Of a DNA stretch of 52,390 nucleotides, positions 10,643 to 19,423 are shown one piece after another. Position numbers and translations under genes: made by a program. The notes under the pieces are model-generated. The model ran no database searches, was not told where the DNA came from, and saw only the letters and a list, made by a program, of their open reading frames with translations. The number at the start of each line of letters is the position of its first letter. Positions within the stretch are counted from its first letter, which is position 1. Origin of the DNA: Lachnospiraceae bacterium (GTDB taxonomy: Bacteria; Bacteroidota; Bacteroidia; Bacteroidales; Bacteroidaceae); contig CAVCRI010000001.1 of the NCBI GenBank assembly GCA_963604545.1, positions 1 through 52,390 of the forward strand, written 5' to 3'.

Positions 10643-11635
10643 ATGAAGAAATACGTATTATTTTTCTTTTGCTTGGTCATCGCTTTGATGATGACCTCTA
10701 GTTCGAAGACTACGACCATCTTTGTGATCGGTGACTCCACAGCTGCCGAGAAGAGTCACCCGGAGCGTCAGCCTGAGCGAGGGTGGGGCATGATGTTGCA
10801 AGGGTGTTTTGATGATAAGATTATCGTGGACAATCATGCCGTTAACGGCCGTAGCTCAAAGAGTTTTATTGATGAAGGCAGATGGCAGAAAGTGCTCGAC
10901 AAGATGAAGCCTGGTGACTATGTGTTCATTCAGTTTGGACACAATGACGAGAAACCTATGCCAGACCGCCATACCGACCCGGGCTCAACCTTCGATGCCA
11001 ATCTGGCTAGGTTTGTGAATGAAACTCGTGCCAAGGATTGTTTCCCTGTGATTTTCAATTCGGTAGTACGCCGTTGCTATTATTCTGCAGACTTGGAAAA
11101 CGACGATGACGAGAAATTGAGGACCAAGACTTATGATGGTGAGGAGAAAATCAATAGTGATACCCTCATCGACACTCATGGTGCTTATGCGGTGGCTCCC
11201 CGTAATGTGGCTAGGAAACTTAACGTTCCGTTTATTGATGCAACCAAGGTAACCCACGACATAGAGAGTAGCCTGGGTGTCATTGGCAGTCGTAAGTTGC
11301 ACATGTGGTTCTTGCCTGGTGAGAATCCACAGGTGCCTAAGGGTAAGCAAGACAATACACACTATAATGTCTATGGCGCTCGTGTCGTTGCCAATGCTTT
11401 GGCTGATGCCGTCGGTGAGCAGGTGCCAGCATTGAAGAAGCATGTGCGCCATTTCGATTATGTGGTGTCTAAGCAAGGAAGGGGCAACTTTATGGATTTG
11501 CAGGCTGCCGTGGATGCAGTCCCTAGTGGCAAGATGACCGATATACTTGTCTTGGGTGATTCCTGGAAGAGACCTGTAGTAGCCAAGGATAAGAAAATAA
11601 AATTCGTGAGATACTTTGGCGCAACCATCAGGTGA
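10643..11635 (+). CDS. SGNH/GDSL esterase (rhamnogalacturonan/pectin acetylesterase-like), secreted
   Basis: Signal peptide; IGDST, GWG, NGRSS, QFGHND and DNTH motifs. The short C-terminal tail resembles the start of a pectinesterase domain. Confidence 0.88.
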   Translation: MKKYVLFFFCLVIALMMTSSSKTTTIFVIGDSTAAEKSHPERQPERGWGMMLQGCFDDKIIVDNHAVNGRSSKSFIDEGRWQKVLDKMKPGDYVFIQFGHNDEKPMPDRHTDPGSTFDANLARFVNETRAKDCFPVIFNSVVRRCYYSADLENDDDEKLRTKTYDGEEKINSDTLIDTHGAYAVAPRNVARKLNVPFIDATKVTHDIESSLGVIGSRKLHMWFLPGENPQVPKGKQDNTHYNVYGARVVANALADAVGEQVPALKKHVRHFDYVVSKQGRGNFMDLQAAVDAVPSGKMTDILVLGDSWKRPVVAKDKKIKFVRYFGATIR

Positions 11636-11652
11636 TGAATCCCCCACACAAT

Positions 11653-11737
11653 GGTGATAGTCAATAAAAGAGCAGTTAGCCAATAAAAAGGTGATAATCA
11701 ATAAAAAAGGTGCTAGTCTATAAAAAGGTGCTAATCA
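11653..11737. repeat. Imperfect 18-19 bp tandem repeat, about 4.5 copies
   Basis: GGTG(A/C)TA(G/A)TC(A/T)ATAAAAA-type units start at 11653, ~11671 (degenerate), 11690, 11709 and 11727. Confidence 0.8.
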
Positions 11738-11747
11738 CTCAAAACGA

Positions 11748-11780
11748 AGAGGGTGCGACATGTACGATGTCACACCCTCT
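11748..11780. terminator. Hairpin between convergent genes
   Basis: AGAGGGTGCGACAT...ATGTCACACCCTCT inverted repeat; similar in style to 47004-47050. Confidence 0.7.
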
Positions 11781-11841
11781 AATAAGAACTAATACTATTA
11801 AAATTATATTTACTTCTTACTCCCGAAGAAGATGAAGCCTT

Positions 11842-12402
11842 TTACTTGAAGAATCTCTTGTAAAGACCTGCGAAGCCAGCAGCATGGCGAGCCTCATCCT
11901 TTGCCATCTCGTGAACAGTATCGTGGATAGCGTCAGAACCCTGCTCCTTAGCCAACTTGGCGATACGGAACTTGTCCTCACAAGCACCCTTCTCGGCTGC
12001 GATACGTGCCTCGAGGTTACTCTTGGTGTCACCCAAAACCTCACCCAGCAACTCTGCGAAACGAGAAGCATGGTCAGCCTCCTCATAAGCGTAGCGCTTG
12101 TAAGCCTCGGCAATCTCTGGATAGCCCTCACGGTCTGCTTGGCGTGCCATGGCGAGATACATACCAACCTCACCGCACTCACCGTTGAAGTGATCCTTCA
12201 AACCCTTGATGACATCCTCATTGACGCCATCTTTGTAAGCCTGGCCGAGAACGTGTACGGTAGCGAATGTCAAGTCATCGTCTACGGCATTCTCCATCTC
12301 CTTGAATTTGCTGGCTGGAGCCTTGCAGATAGGGCACTTCTCTGGAGCTTCTGTTCCCTCATAGATATAACCACAAACGGTGCAAATAAATTTTTTCTTC
12401 AT
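11842..12402 (-). CDS. Reverse rubrerythrin / NADH peroxidase (N-terminal rubredoxin plus ferritin-like diiron domain)
   Basis: CTVCGY...CPIC rubredoxin domain, then EExxH and DExRH diiron motifs. Start taken at MKKKFIC. Confidence 0.92.
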   Translation of the reverse strand: MKKKFICTVCGYIYEGTEAPEKCPICKAPASKFKEMENAVDDDLTFATVHVLGQAYKDGVNEDVIKGLKDHFNGECGEVGMYLAMARQADREGYPEIAEAYKRYAYEEADHASRFAELLGEVLGDTKSNLEARIAAEKGACEDKFRIAKLAKEQGSDAIHDTVHEMAKDEARHAAGFAGLYKRFFK

Positions 12403-12470
12403 AATTCCTGTATTTTTAATGTTATTGTATAATAATGTTGTTGTATAATTCCTGATTGTAAGGTGGTTGC

Positions 12471-12902
12471 CTAAGCGTCCGCTTTCATCTTCTTGGCACA
12501 TTCAGCGCAGATGCCTTTGTAGTAAAGTTGTTCCTCTTGCACAATGTTCCCGCCCACCATTTTGCCTTCCTCAAACTGAGGAGCTTGTTCCTCGAAGAGG
12601 TCTATTACCTTGCCGCATTTCTTGCAGTAGAAATGTATATGGTTGTTGATGTTCCCATCGTAGCACACGCGGTGGTCATCGATGGTAATCATCTGGGCAG
12701 CTTGCTCCTCACTGAGCATACGCAACGTATTGTATACCGTCGTACGGCTCAAGGTTGGAATCTTATTGCACAACCCCTGATATACATCATCCACTGTAGG
12801 ATGGATAGGGTGGTTGATAAGATAGTCCATAATGGCCAATCTTTGCAGAGATGGACGAATTCCTCTCTCGATGAGTCTATTATAGGCTTCTGTCTGTTTC
12901 AT
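12471..12902 (-). CDS. perR: PerR-like Fur family regulator
   Basis: [28 protein letters not shown] and CAEC motifs; directly upstream of rubrerythrin. Confidence 0.8.
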   Translation of the reverse strand: MKQTEAYNRLIERGIRPSLQRLAIMDYLINHPIHPTVDDVYQGLCNKIPTLSRTTVYNTLRMLSEEQAAQMITIDDHRVCYDGNINNHIHFYCKKCGKVIDLFEEQAPQFEEGKMVGGNIVQEEQLYYKGICAECAKKMKADA

Positions 12903-13139
12903 GCTTTTATTCCTTTATAATTATTCTCTGGCAGTCCTTGCTCTTTCCATGTCTTGTGATGGTCGAGCTTGACGGTCTTTCTTAATTCTGATGCAAAGGT
13001 AACTATAATATTTGTAACTACCAAACAAATTTGGAATAAATACAATGTATTTTTGTATTATTTACAATATTATACTTCTTTTGCGTTAAAATGTATCCGC
13101 AGCGGCTAACTGTAGCATACGAGGTGCATTTTTGCTTGG

Positions 13140-13739
13140 TTATCTCAAGTCTACGACTTCTGCAGAAGGGAATTCCTTGCTATTGAAAGTAAAGGTACTG
13201 TTGGATATGTTCTTGCTCTTGAAGCCTGAGATGTCTATCGTACTCCATGTATTGCCTTGGCGCATTTTTACTTGTGACGGTACATGGGTATTCTTGTTGA
13301 CGGTGATATACATTTCAGCCACGCTGCGCTTTTGGTTGTTGGCAACCAAATGAACCTTATAGTTGCTCCCCTCTGTTGTGAGTGTTGACTTATAGCCAGT
13401 CTTATATATATTAATAAAGGTATAAGGGTTCATCGACATCTGCTGTGCCTGTGTTGGGTTGCTAACGTTCACCTCGTTGGTTTTCTTCATATAAGTCCAC
13501 TGGGTCTTCCCATTGTACCATACGATGGCCTGGCCCGTGCGAGCGTTAAACTTGTTGCCCTTGATGGCTATGGTTCCACTTGCCGCCCCATATTTAGGGC
13601 TGGACATCTTGAAGTTGGCACTAGCGCCGCCCTTGTTGCCGATGACGGCTGCCGTCTTGTCAAGTACTTGCTGGGCAGTTTGAGCCATGGCTCCCATGCC
13701 CATCATCATAAAGAATGCTAAACTTAAAATCTTCTTCAT
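13140..13739 (-). CDS. lolA: LolA-like outer membrane lipoprotein chaperone
   Basis: Signal peptide; WYNGKTQWTY...NEV pattern; C-terminal FPSAEVVDLR; downstream of ftsK. Confidence 0.8.
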   Translation of the reverse strand: MKKILSLAFFMMMGMGAMAQTAQQVLDKTAAVIGNKGGASANFKMSSPKYGAASGTIAIKGNKFNARTGQAIVWYNGKTQWTYMKKTNEVNVSNPTQAQQMSMNPYTFINIYKTGYKSTLTTEGSNYKVHLVANNQKRSVAEMYITVNKNTHVPSQVKMRQGNTWSTIDISGFKSKNISNSTFTFNSKEFPSAEVVDLR

Positions 13740-13871
13740 CTCTTATGTTTCCTTTCTTATTAAAAATCTTTATATATAAATATGAGAGCCGCAAGTAGCG
13801 TCGGCTTTCTTAAGCTAAGACGCTCTTGCGGCTCCATGGTTTAACCCCTAGAGCCTGAACCCTAGGCATAT

Positions 13872-16511
13872 TTAACTATTTCTAAGTGCCATTAACAGGC
13901 TGTTGAGTTGATTCTCGTCTTGCAGGAGGACTTCGCGAGGCTTGCTACCTTGCGCAGCCCCCACAATGCCCGCTGCCTCCAACTGGTCCATCAGTCTGCC
14001 CGCGCGGTTATAGCCGATGCTGAATCTGCGTTGGATCATGCTCGTGCTGCCCTGCTGGGAGAGTACGATGGCATGGGCAGCTTCCTCGAAGTATGGGTCC
14101 AGGTTGCGGGCATCCACATTGCCACCAGAGCCACCGCCCTCATCGTTGGCAGGCTCAGGAAGTTCCATAGGCTCAATAGGGCCAGGCTGGTTGCTGATGT
14201 ACTCGTTGATGCGCTCAATTTCTGGTGTGTCGACAAAGGCACATTGTACACGTACTGGCTCATTGCCGTTCAAGTAGAGCATATCACCACGACCTATCAA
14301 CTGGTTGGCACCTGTTCGGTCAAGGATGGTCTTCGAGTCGATGGCTGAAGTCACCTTGAATGCGATTCGGCCAGGGAAGTTGGCTTTGATGTTACCCGTG
14401 ATGATGCTGGTGGTTGGACGCTGTGTGGCGATGATCATGTGGATGCCAACGGCACGTGCCAACTGGGCTATGCGGGCGATAGGAAGCTCCACCTCCTTGC
14501 CGGCAGTCATAATCAGGTCGCCGAACTCATCTATGATAACCACGATATAAGGCATGAACTCATGTCCATCGGTCATCAACTTATGGTTGATATACTTCTG
14601 GTTATATTCTTTGATGTTACGTGCGCCAGCCTTCTTGAGCAAGTCGTAACGGCTGTCCATCAGGACGCAGAGGCTGTTGAGCGTGCGAACCACCTTGGTA
14701 ACATCGGTGATGATAGGCTCATCCTCGTCAGGCACAGCTGCCATAAACTTGTTGCAGATGCGAGCATAGACACTGAACTCCACCTTCTTTGGGTCAATGA
14801 GCACCAACTTCAACTCGTTAGGATGTTTCTTATATAATAAGGAGGTGATGATGGCGTTCAGTCCTACAGACTTACCCTGTCCCGTGGCACCGGCTACGAG
14901 CAGGTGTGGAATCTTTGCCAGGTCGACCATGAACACCTCGTTGGTGATGGTCTTGCCCAGTGCGATAGGTAGTTCCATTTTAGTCTCCTGGAATTTCTTG
15001 GAGTTGAGGATACTCTCCATGCTCACGATCTTAGGGTTGGCATTTGGTACCTCGATACCGATGGTGCCCTTGCCTGGTATAGGGGCGATGATGCGGATGC
15101 CCAGTGCGGCGAGGCTCAAGGCTATGTCATCTTCCAGGTTCTTGATTTTGGAGATGCGCACTCCTTCAGCTGGCTGAATCTCATAGAGTGTGATGGTAGG
15201 TCCGACGGTGGCGCGGATAGTCTTGATCTGCACGCCAAAGTTGTTCAGCACTTCGATGATGCGGTTTTTGTTGGCGCGCTGTTCCTCTTCGTCGATGCTT
15301 ACCCCGTCGTCCTCATACTTTTTCAGCAGGTTGAGGGTAGGGTATTTGTATCGTGTGAACGGTTCCTTTGGGTTGATTGGTGTGTTGAGCACCTCAGCGT
15401 TGCTTACGGTGTTGCCCGTAGCTTTCTCGTCGCCCACTGCCACAGAGATGTCCATGCCGATATGTTCTGAAGCCATGGCTACTGCGGCTGCCTCCTGTCG
15501 CTCACGCTCTGCACGTTCGGCACGGAGCTGTCGTTGCTCTTGTAGGAAACTTGGGGCAGAAGTAGCTGGGGTTTCTGCTTCTGGAGTGCCTGCTTCAAGG
15601 GCCGTGCTTGGATTCTTTTCGTCCAAGGCTTGTTTATTTGCAGTTTCTGTGGCCGTCGTGCCGTCAGTTTCTGTAGTAGGATTGAGGTCGAGGTCGATAA
15701 CGGCAGCCTTTTCATCCTTTTGTGGCTCCTGCTGGCTTTCTGGGATGCCCGCCTCTTCTTTAGGGCTGTCCTCTTCGTCAGCTTCACCTCCCATGGCAGC
15801 ATCGTTGTATGCCTTTTGGATGGCATCGTTTTCCTGTCCGGCAGTCTTGTTGTGGTTGGTAATCTCAAATTTCACCTTATTAGATATATATCCTATTGGG
15901 TTGAGAGCCTTGCGCACCACGGTGATAGTCTCTGTGGTGAGATAGGTGAGAAAGGCAATGGCTGTAAACAGGAGGATGGCTGTGAGTCCAGGAGGCCCGA
16001 TGACATTCTCGAGAGTTTGTACTATATAGAGGCCGTGGTTACCGCCAGGATTGACGATGAGGTCGCCCGTAAGAGGGGTGAGGAACTTGGCGAAGGTGAT
16101 GCTCGACCATATCATGACCACCATCATGCAAAAGAACCATTTCCAAAGGTTGATGTTGTAGACATGCATCAGTTGGAATCCTGCCATGGCGATGAAGCAT
16201 GGCAGCAAGAAGGCCGGGAATCCGAAGTTGGTGGCCATGAGCCAGTAGGAGATGATGGCTCCTAGCGAACCGCAGTAGTTCTGGAACTGCTGTTCCGTAT
16301 TGGTCCATTCTCCTGGTCTGAGGTTCTCGAGCAGGCTTTGGTCTGCTGCTCCCGTGTTGAGGAATGAAATCATCGCAATGATGATGACGATAGCTCCCAC
16401 CACCAATGCTAGCCCTAGGAAGAAGTCAGTGATAGTATTGTTGAAAATATATTGTAAGCCAATCGCTTCGCTAAAAGATTTAGCTCTGCTTTCTTTTCTT
16501 TTCTTTGCCAT
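13872..16511 (-). CDS. ftsK: DNA translocase FtsK
   Basis: N-terminal TM segments, Walker A GATGQGKS, IIDEFGDL, ATQRP, and a gamma domain (STSMIQRRFSIGYNRAGR). Start taken at MAKKRK. Confidence 0.97.
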   Translation of the reverse strand: MAKKRKESRAKSFSEAIGLQYIFNNTITDFFLGLALVVGAIVIIIAMISFLNTGAADQSLLENLRPGEWTNTEQQFQNYCGSLGAIISYWLMATNFGFPAFLLPCFIAMAGFQLMHVYNINLWKWFFCMMVVMIWSSITFAKFLTPLTGDLIVNPGGNHGLYIVQTLENVIGPPGLTAILLFTAIAFLTYLTTETITVVRKALNPIGYISNKVKFEITNHNKTAGQENDAIQKAYNDAAMGGEADEEDSPKEEAGIPESQQEPQKDEKAAVIDLDLNPTTETDGTTATETANKQALDEKNPSTALEAGTPEAETPATSAPSFLQEQRQLRAERAERERQEAAAVAMASEHIGMDISVAVGDEKATGNTVSNAEVLNTPINPKEPFTRYKYPTLNLLKKYEDDGVSIDEEEQRANKNRIIEVLNNFGVQIKTIRATVGPTITLYEIQPAEGVRISKIKNLEDDIALSLAALGIRIIAPIPGKGTIGIEVPNANPKIVSMESILNSKKFQETKMELPIALGKTITNEVFMVDLAKIPHLLVAGATGQGKSVGLNAIITSLLYKKHPNELKLVLIDPKKVEFSVYARICNKFMAAVPDEDEPIITDVTKVVRTLNSLCVLMDSRYDLLKKAGARNIKEYNQKYINHKLMTDGHEFMPYIVVIIDEFGDLIMTAGKEVELPIARIAQLARAVGIHMIIATQRPTTSIITGNIKANFPGRIAFKVTSAIDSKTILDRTGANQLIGRGDMLYLNGNEPVRVQCAFVDTPEIERINEYISNQPGPIEPMELPEPANDEGGGSGGNVDARNLDPYFEEAAHAIVLSQQGSTSMIQRRFSIGYNRAGRLMDQLEAAGIVGAAQGSKPREVLLQDENQLNSLLMALRNS

Positions 16512-16624
16512 TTTTATATGTCTTGAATTATTTTCCTGCAAAATTAGCGAAAAAATATGAGAAACAATCTCTTTTTCTCGCTTTTTTTTCTTAATTTTGC
16601 AACTTGTAATGAATAAATATAAAA

Positions 16625-17236
16625 ATGAAGGTAATTTTCACTAGTTTTGACAAGCGTACGGTCAACTCCCTGCCGAGGGTGCTTTTCCCTGGTAAGGTGA
16701 TCGTTATAGATAAGCCGGAGGACACGGATGCAGCCGTAGACTTCTTGCTGGCAAGCGATGTTCTGGGCGTGGACACAGAGACCCGTCCGTCATTCTCCAA
16801 GGGACAACATCACTACGTGTCGTTGCTTCAGGTTAGCACCCGTGAGACGTGCTACCTCTTCCGACTCCATTTGACGGGCATGACCCCTGCCATCATTCGA
16901 CTCTTGGAAGATAAGGCGGTGCCTAAGATTGGTCTCTCCTGGCATGATGATCTCTTGCAGTTGCACCGCCGTAGCCAGTTTGATGCGGGCAATTTCGTTG
17001 AGCTTCAGGAGGTGGCCAAGGAGTTTGGCATCAAGGACATGAGCTTGCAAAAACTTTACGCCAACCTCTTCCATCAGAAGATAAGCAAGGCGCAGAGGCT
17101 AAGCAACTGGGAGGCCAAGGAGCTGAAGGAGTCCCAGTGCCTTTATGCGGCTACCGATGCTTGGTGCTGCATCAATCTATATGAGGAGTTTAAGCGACTC
17201 GCCGAATCGGGGGATTATGAGCTTGATGAGCTCTAG
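16625..17236 (+). CDS. DEDDy 3'-5' exonuclease (RNase D/WRN-like)
   Basis: GVDTET, SNWE and YAATDAW motifs. Confidence 0.9.
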   Translation: MKVIFTSFDKRTVNSLPRVLFPGKVIVIDKPEDTDAAVDFLLASDVLGVDTETRPSFSKGQHHYVSLLQVSTRETCYLFRLHLTGMTPAIIRLLEDKAVPKIGLSWHDDLLQLHRRSQFDAGNFVELQEVAKEFGIKDMSLQKLYANLFHQKISKAQRLSNWEAKELKESQCLYAATDAWCCINLYEEFKRLAESGDYELDEL

Positions 17237-17285
17237 CCTTTTAGATTGATTAGGTAGAAATGTGATAAGAGTAATAAATAGGAAA

Positions 17286-18467
17286 ATGTATAAAAGCATA
17301 TATTTGAAGAAAGGCAAGGAGGAATCTCTCAAGAGATTTCATCCATGGATATTCTCGGGTGCCATCCAGGCTATGGACGAAGGCATCGAGGAGGGAGAGG
17401 TCGTTAGAGTCTTCACTCGTGGCGGTGACTTCATCGCCGTGGGGCATTACCAGATAGGTTCCATCGCCGTGCGAGTGCTCTCGTTCAGCGATGTGGAAAT
17501 CAACGATGAGTTTTGGCACTCGCGTTTGGAGTCGGCTTATCGGATGCGCTTGGCTGTGGGCATAGCTGGCAATCCAGACAACAATACTTACCGCTTGGTG
17601 CATGGCGAGGGTGACAACCTGCCAGGGCTCGTCATCGACTGCTATGGTCCTACCGCCGTGATGCAGGCTCACAGTGTGGGCATGCATGTGTACCGCATGG
17701 AAGTGGCGCGCGCGCTTAAGGAGGTGATGGGAGATGCCTTGCAGAATATCTATTACAAGAGTGAGACCACCCTGCCTTACAAGGCGGACTTGCGACAGGA
17801 AAATGGTTTCATCCTGGGTGGTGATGCCGATGATGTGGCTGTAGAGAACGGCCTCAAGTTTCATATCGACTGGTTGCGTGGGCAGAAGACGGGATTTTTT
17901 GTCGACCAGCGTGAGAACCGCTCTTTGCTGGAACATTACGCCAAGGGCAAGAGTGTGCTCAACATGTTCTGCTATACGGGAGGCTTCTCCGTTTATGCCA
18001 TGCGAGGCAATGCCAAGGCTGTGCATTCTGTGGACAGCAGTGCCAAGGCCATCGAGCTGACCAATGAGAACATTGCGCTCAACTTCCCTGGCGACCCTCG
18101 CCATGAGGCCATCTGCGAGGATGCCTTCAAGTATCTCGACGAGCACGACCAGCAGTATGACCTCATCATCCTGGACCCACCAGCCTTCGCCAAGCATCGT
18201 GCCGCCCTGCGCAATGCCCTGAAGGGATACACCCGTCTCAATGTGAAGGGATTGCAGCGCATCAAGAAGGGGGGAATCCTCTTTACCTTCAGTTGCTCCC
18301 AGGTGGTTACCAAGGACAACTTCCGTAATGCCGTCTTTACGGCTGCGGCCCAGGCAGGTCGCAAGGTGCGTATCTTGCACCAGTTGCACCAGCCTGCCGA
18401 CCATCCTATCAACATTTATCACCCAGAGGGTGAGTACCTGAAGGGCCTCGTGCTCTATGTGGAATAA
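17286..18467 (+). CDS. rlmI: RlmI/RlmK family SAM-dependent rRNA methyltransferase
   Basis: PUA domain (HPWIFSG), GEGDNLPGL, GQKTGFFVDQRENR, ILDPPAF and TFSCS motifs. Confidence 0.9.
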   Translation: MYKSIYLKKGKEESLKRFHPWIFSGAIQAMDEGIEEGEVVRVFTRGGDFIAVGHYQIGSIAVRVLSFSDVEINDEFWHSRLESAYRMRLAVGIAGNPDNNTYRLVHGEGDNLPGLVIDCYGPTAVMQAHSVGMHVYRMEVARALKEVMGDALQNIYYKSETTLPYKADLRQENGFILGGDADDVAVENGLKFHIDWLRGQKTGFFVDQRENRSLLEHYAKGKSVLNMFCYTGGFSVYAMRGNAKAVHSVDSSAKAIELTNENIALNFPGDPRHEAICEDAFKYLDEHDQQYDLIILDPPAFAKHRAALRNALKGYTRLNVKGLQRIKKGGILFTFSCSQVVTKDNFRNAVFTAAAQAGRKVRILHQLHQPADHPINIYHPEGEYLKGLVLYVE

Positions 18468-18468
18468 A

Positions 18469-19395
18469 ATGACGATGAAGAATATTTCGATGATGATAGT
18501 CTTGGTCTCTGGTATCCTGTTCGGTATGGCTAGTTGTGGCCCGTCCAAGCAGGAGCGCCATAGGCTGAGCAAGTTGGAGAAGGCACGCCAGGACAGTCTA
18601 GACAGCGCTGCCCTCAAGGTGGCGGTGCTGCCTACGCTTGATTGCCTGCCTGTCTATGTGGCTTACGACGATAGTCTGTTCAAGTCGCAGGGCGTGTTGG
18701 TTCATCTGCGTCGCTATACCGCCCAGATGGACTGCGATACGGCCATTGCCCGCAAGAGGGTAGAGGCGACGGTGAGCGATCTCTTCAGGACCGCCAGGCT
18801 GGAAAGGAAAGGCGTAGGCTTGTTCTATCCGATTTCGACCAATCTCTATTGGCAGTTGATAACCAACAAGAAGGCTCGTATCTCAGACCTCAAGCAACTG
18901 TCAGACAAGATGATAGCCATGACCCGCTATTCGGGCACCGATTATCTTGCCGACCTCGCTGTCGAGACAGCCAAGCCTAAGTATGATGTCTATCGTGTGC
19001 AAATCAACGACCTGGGCATTCGCCTTCGCATGTTGCTCAACAACGAGATGGATGCCATGTTGCTGCCAGAGCCACAGGCTACCAAGGCGCGCCTTGCCCA
19101 GCATGTCGTGCTGATGGATAGTCGTGATAAGAACCTTCAACCGGGTGTCATCGCCTTTCGCGATGTCGTGAGAAAAAATGCCAGCCGTCAGCAACAGCTG
19201 AAGCTCTTCTTGAAGGCATACGATGCTGCCGTTGACAGCATCAACAAGAATGGCCTCCAGCATTATGCCGATCAGGTAATAAAATATTGTGGGGTGGATG
19301 CCCAGACGGTTAAGCAGCTTCCCCGCCTCAAGTACGAACATGCCATGGAACCTCGCAAAAGAGATTTAGACTTAGCTCGCAGTTGGGTAAAATGA
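18469..19395 (+). CDS. ABC transporter substrate-binding lipoprotein (SsuA/NMT1-like)
   Basis: Lipobox MASC; LKVAVLPTLDCLP and DAMLLPEP motifs. Confidence 0.7.
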   Translation: MTMKNISMMIVLVSGILFGMASCGPSKQERHRLSKLEKARQDSLDSAALKVAVLPTLDCLPVYVAYDDSLFKSQGVLVHLRRYTAQMDCDTAIARKRVEATVSDLFRTARLERKGVGLFYPISTNLYWQLITNKKARISDLKQLSDKMIAMTRYSGTDYLADLAVETAKPKYDVYRVQINDLGIRLRMLLNNEMDAMLLPEPQATKARLAQHVVLMDSRDKNLQPGVIAFRDVVRKNASRQQQLKLFLKAYDAAVDSINKNGLQHYADQVIKYCGVDAQTVKQLPRLKYEHAMEPRKRDLDLARSWVK

Positions 19396-19423
19396 TGTTT
19401 CATGTTTATTAAATAATATTGAT

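Noticed and set aside
12915..12929. Per/Fur box-like TTATAATTATTCTCT upstream of perR
   Set aside because: Only a partial match within an AT-rich translation start region; cannot be distinguished from background.
17250..18617. Long antisense ORFs (455 aa here; likewise 42441-43826, 23840-24850, 25488-26387 and 44961-45878)
   Set aside because: These are shadow frames opposite well-supported genes with strong codon bias and have no recognisable motifs.
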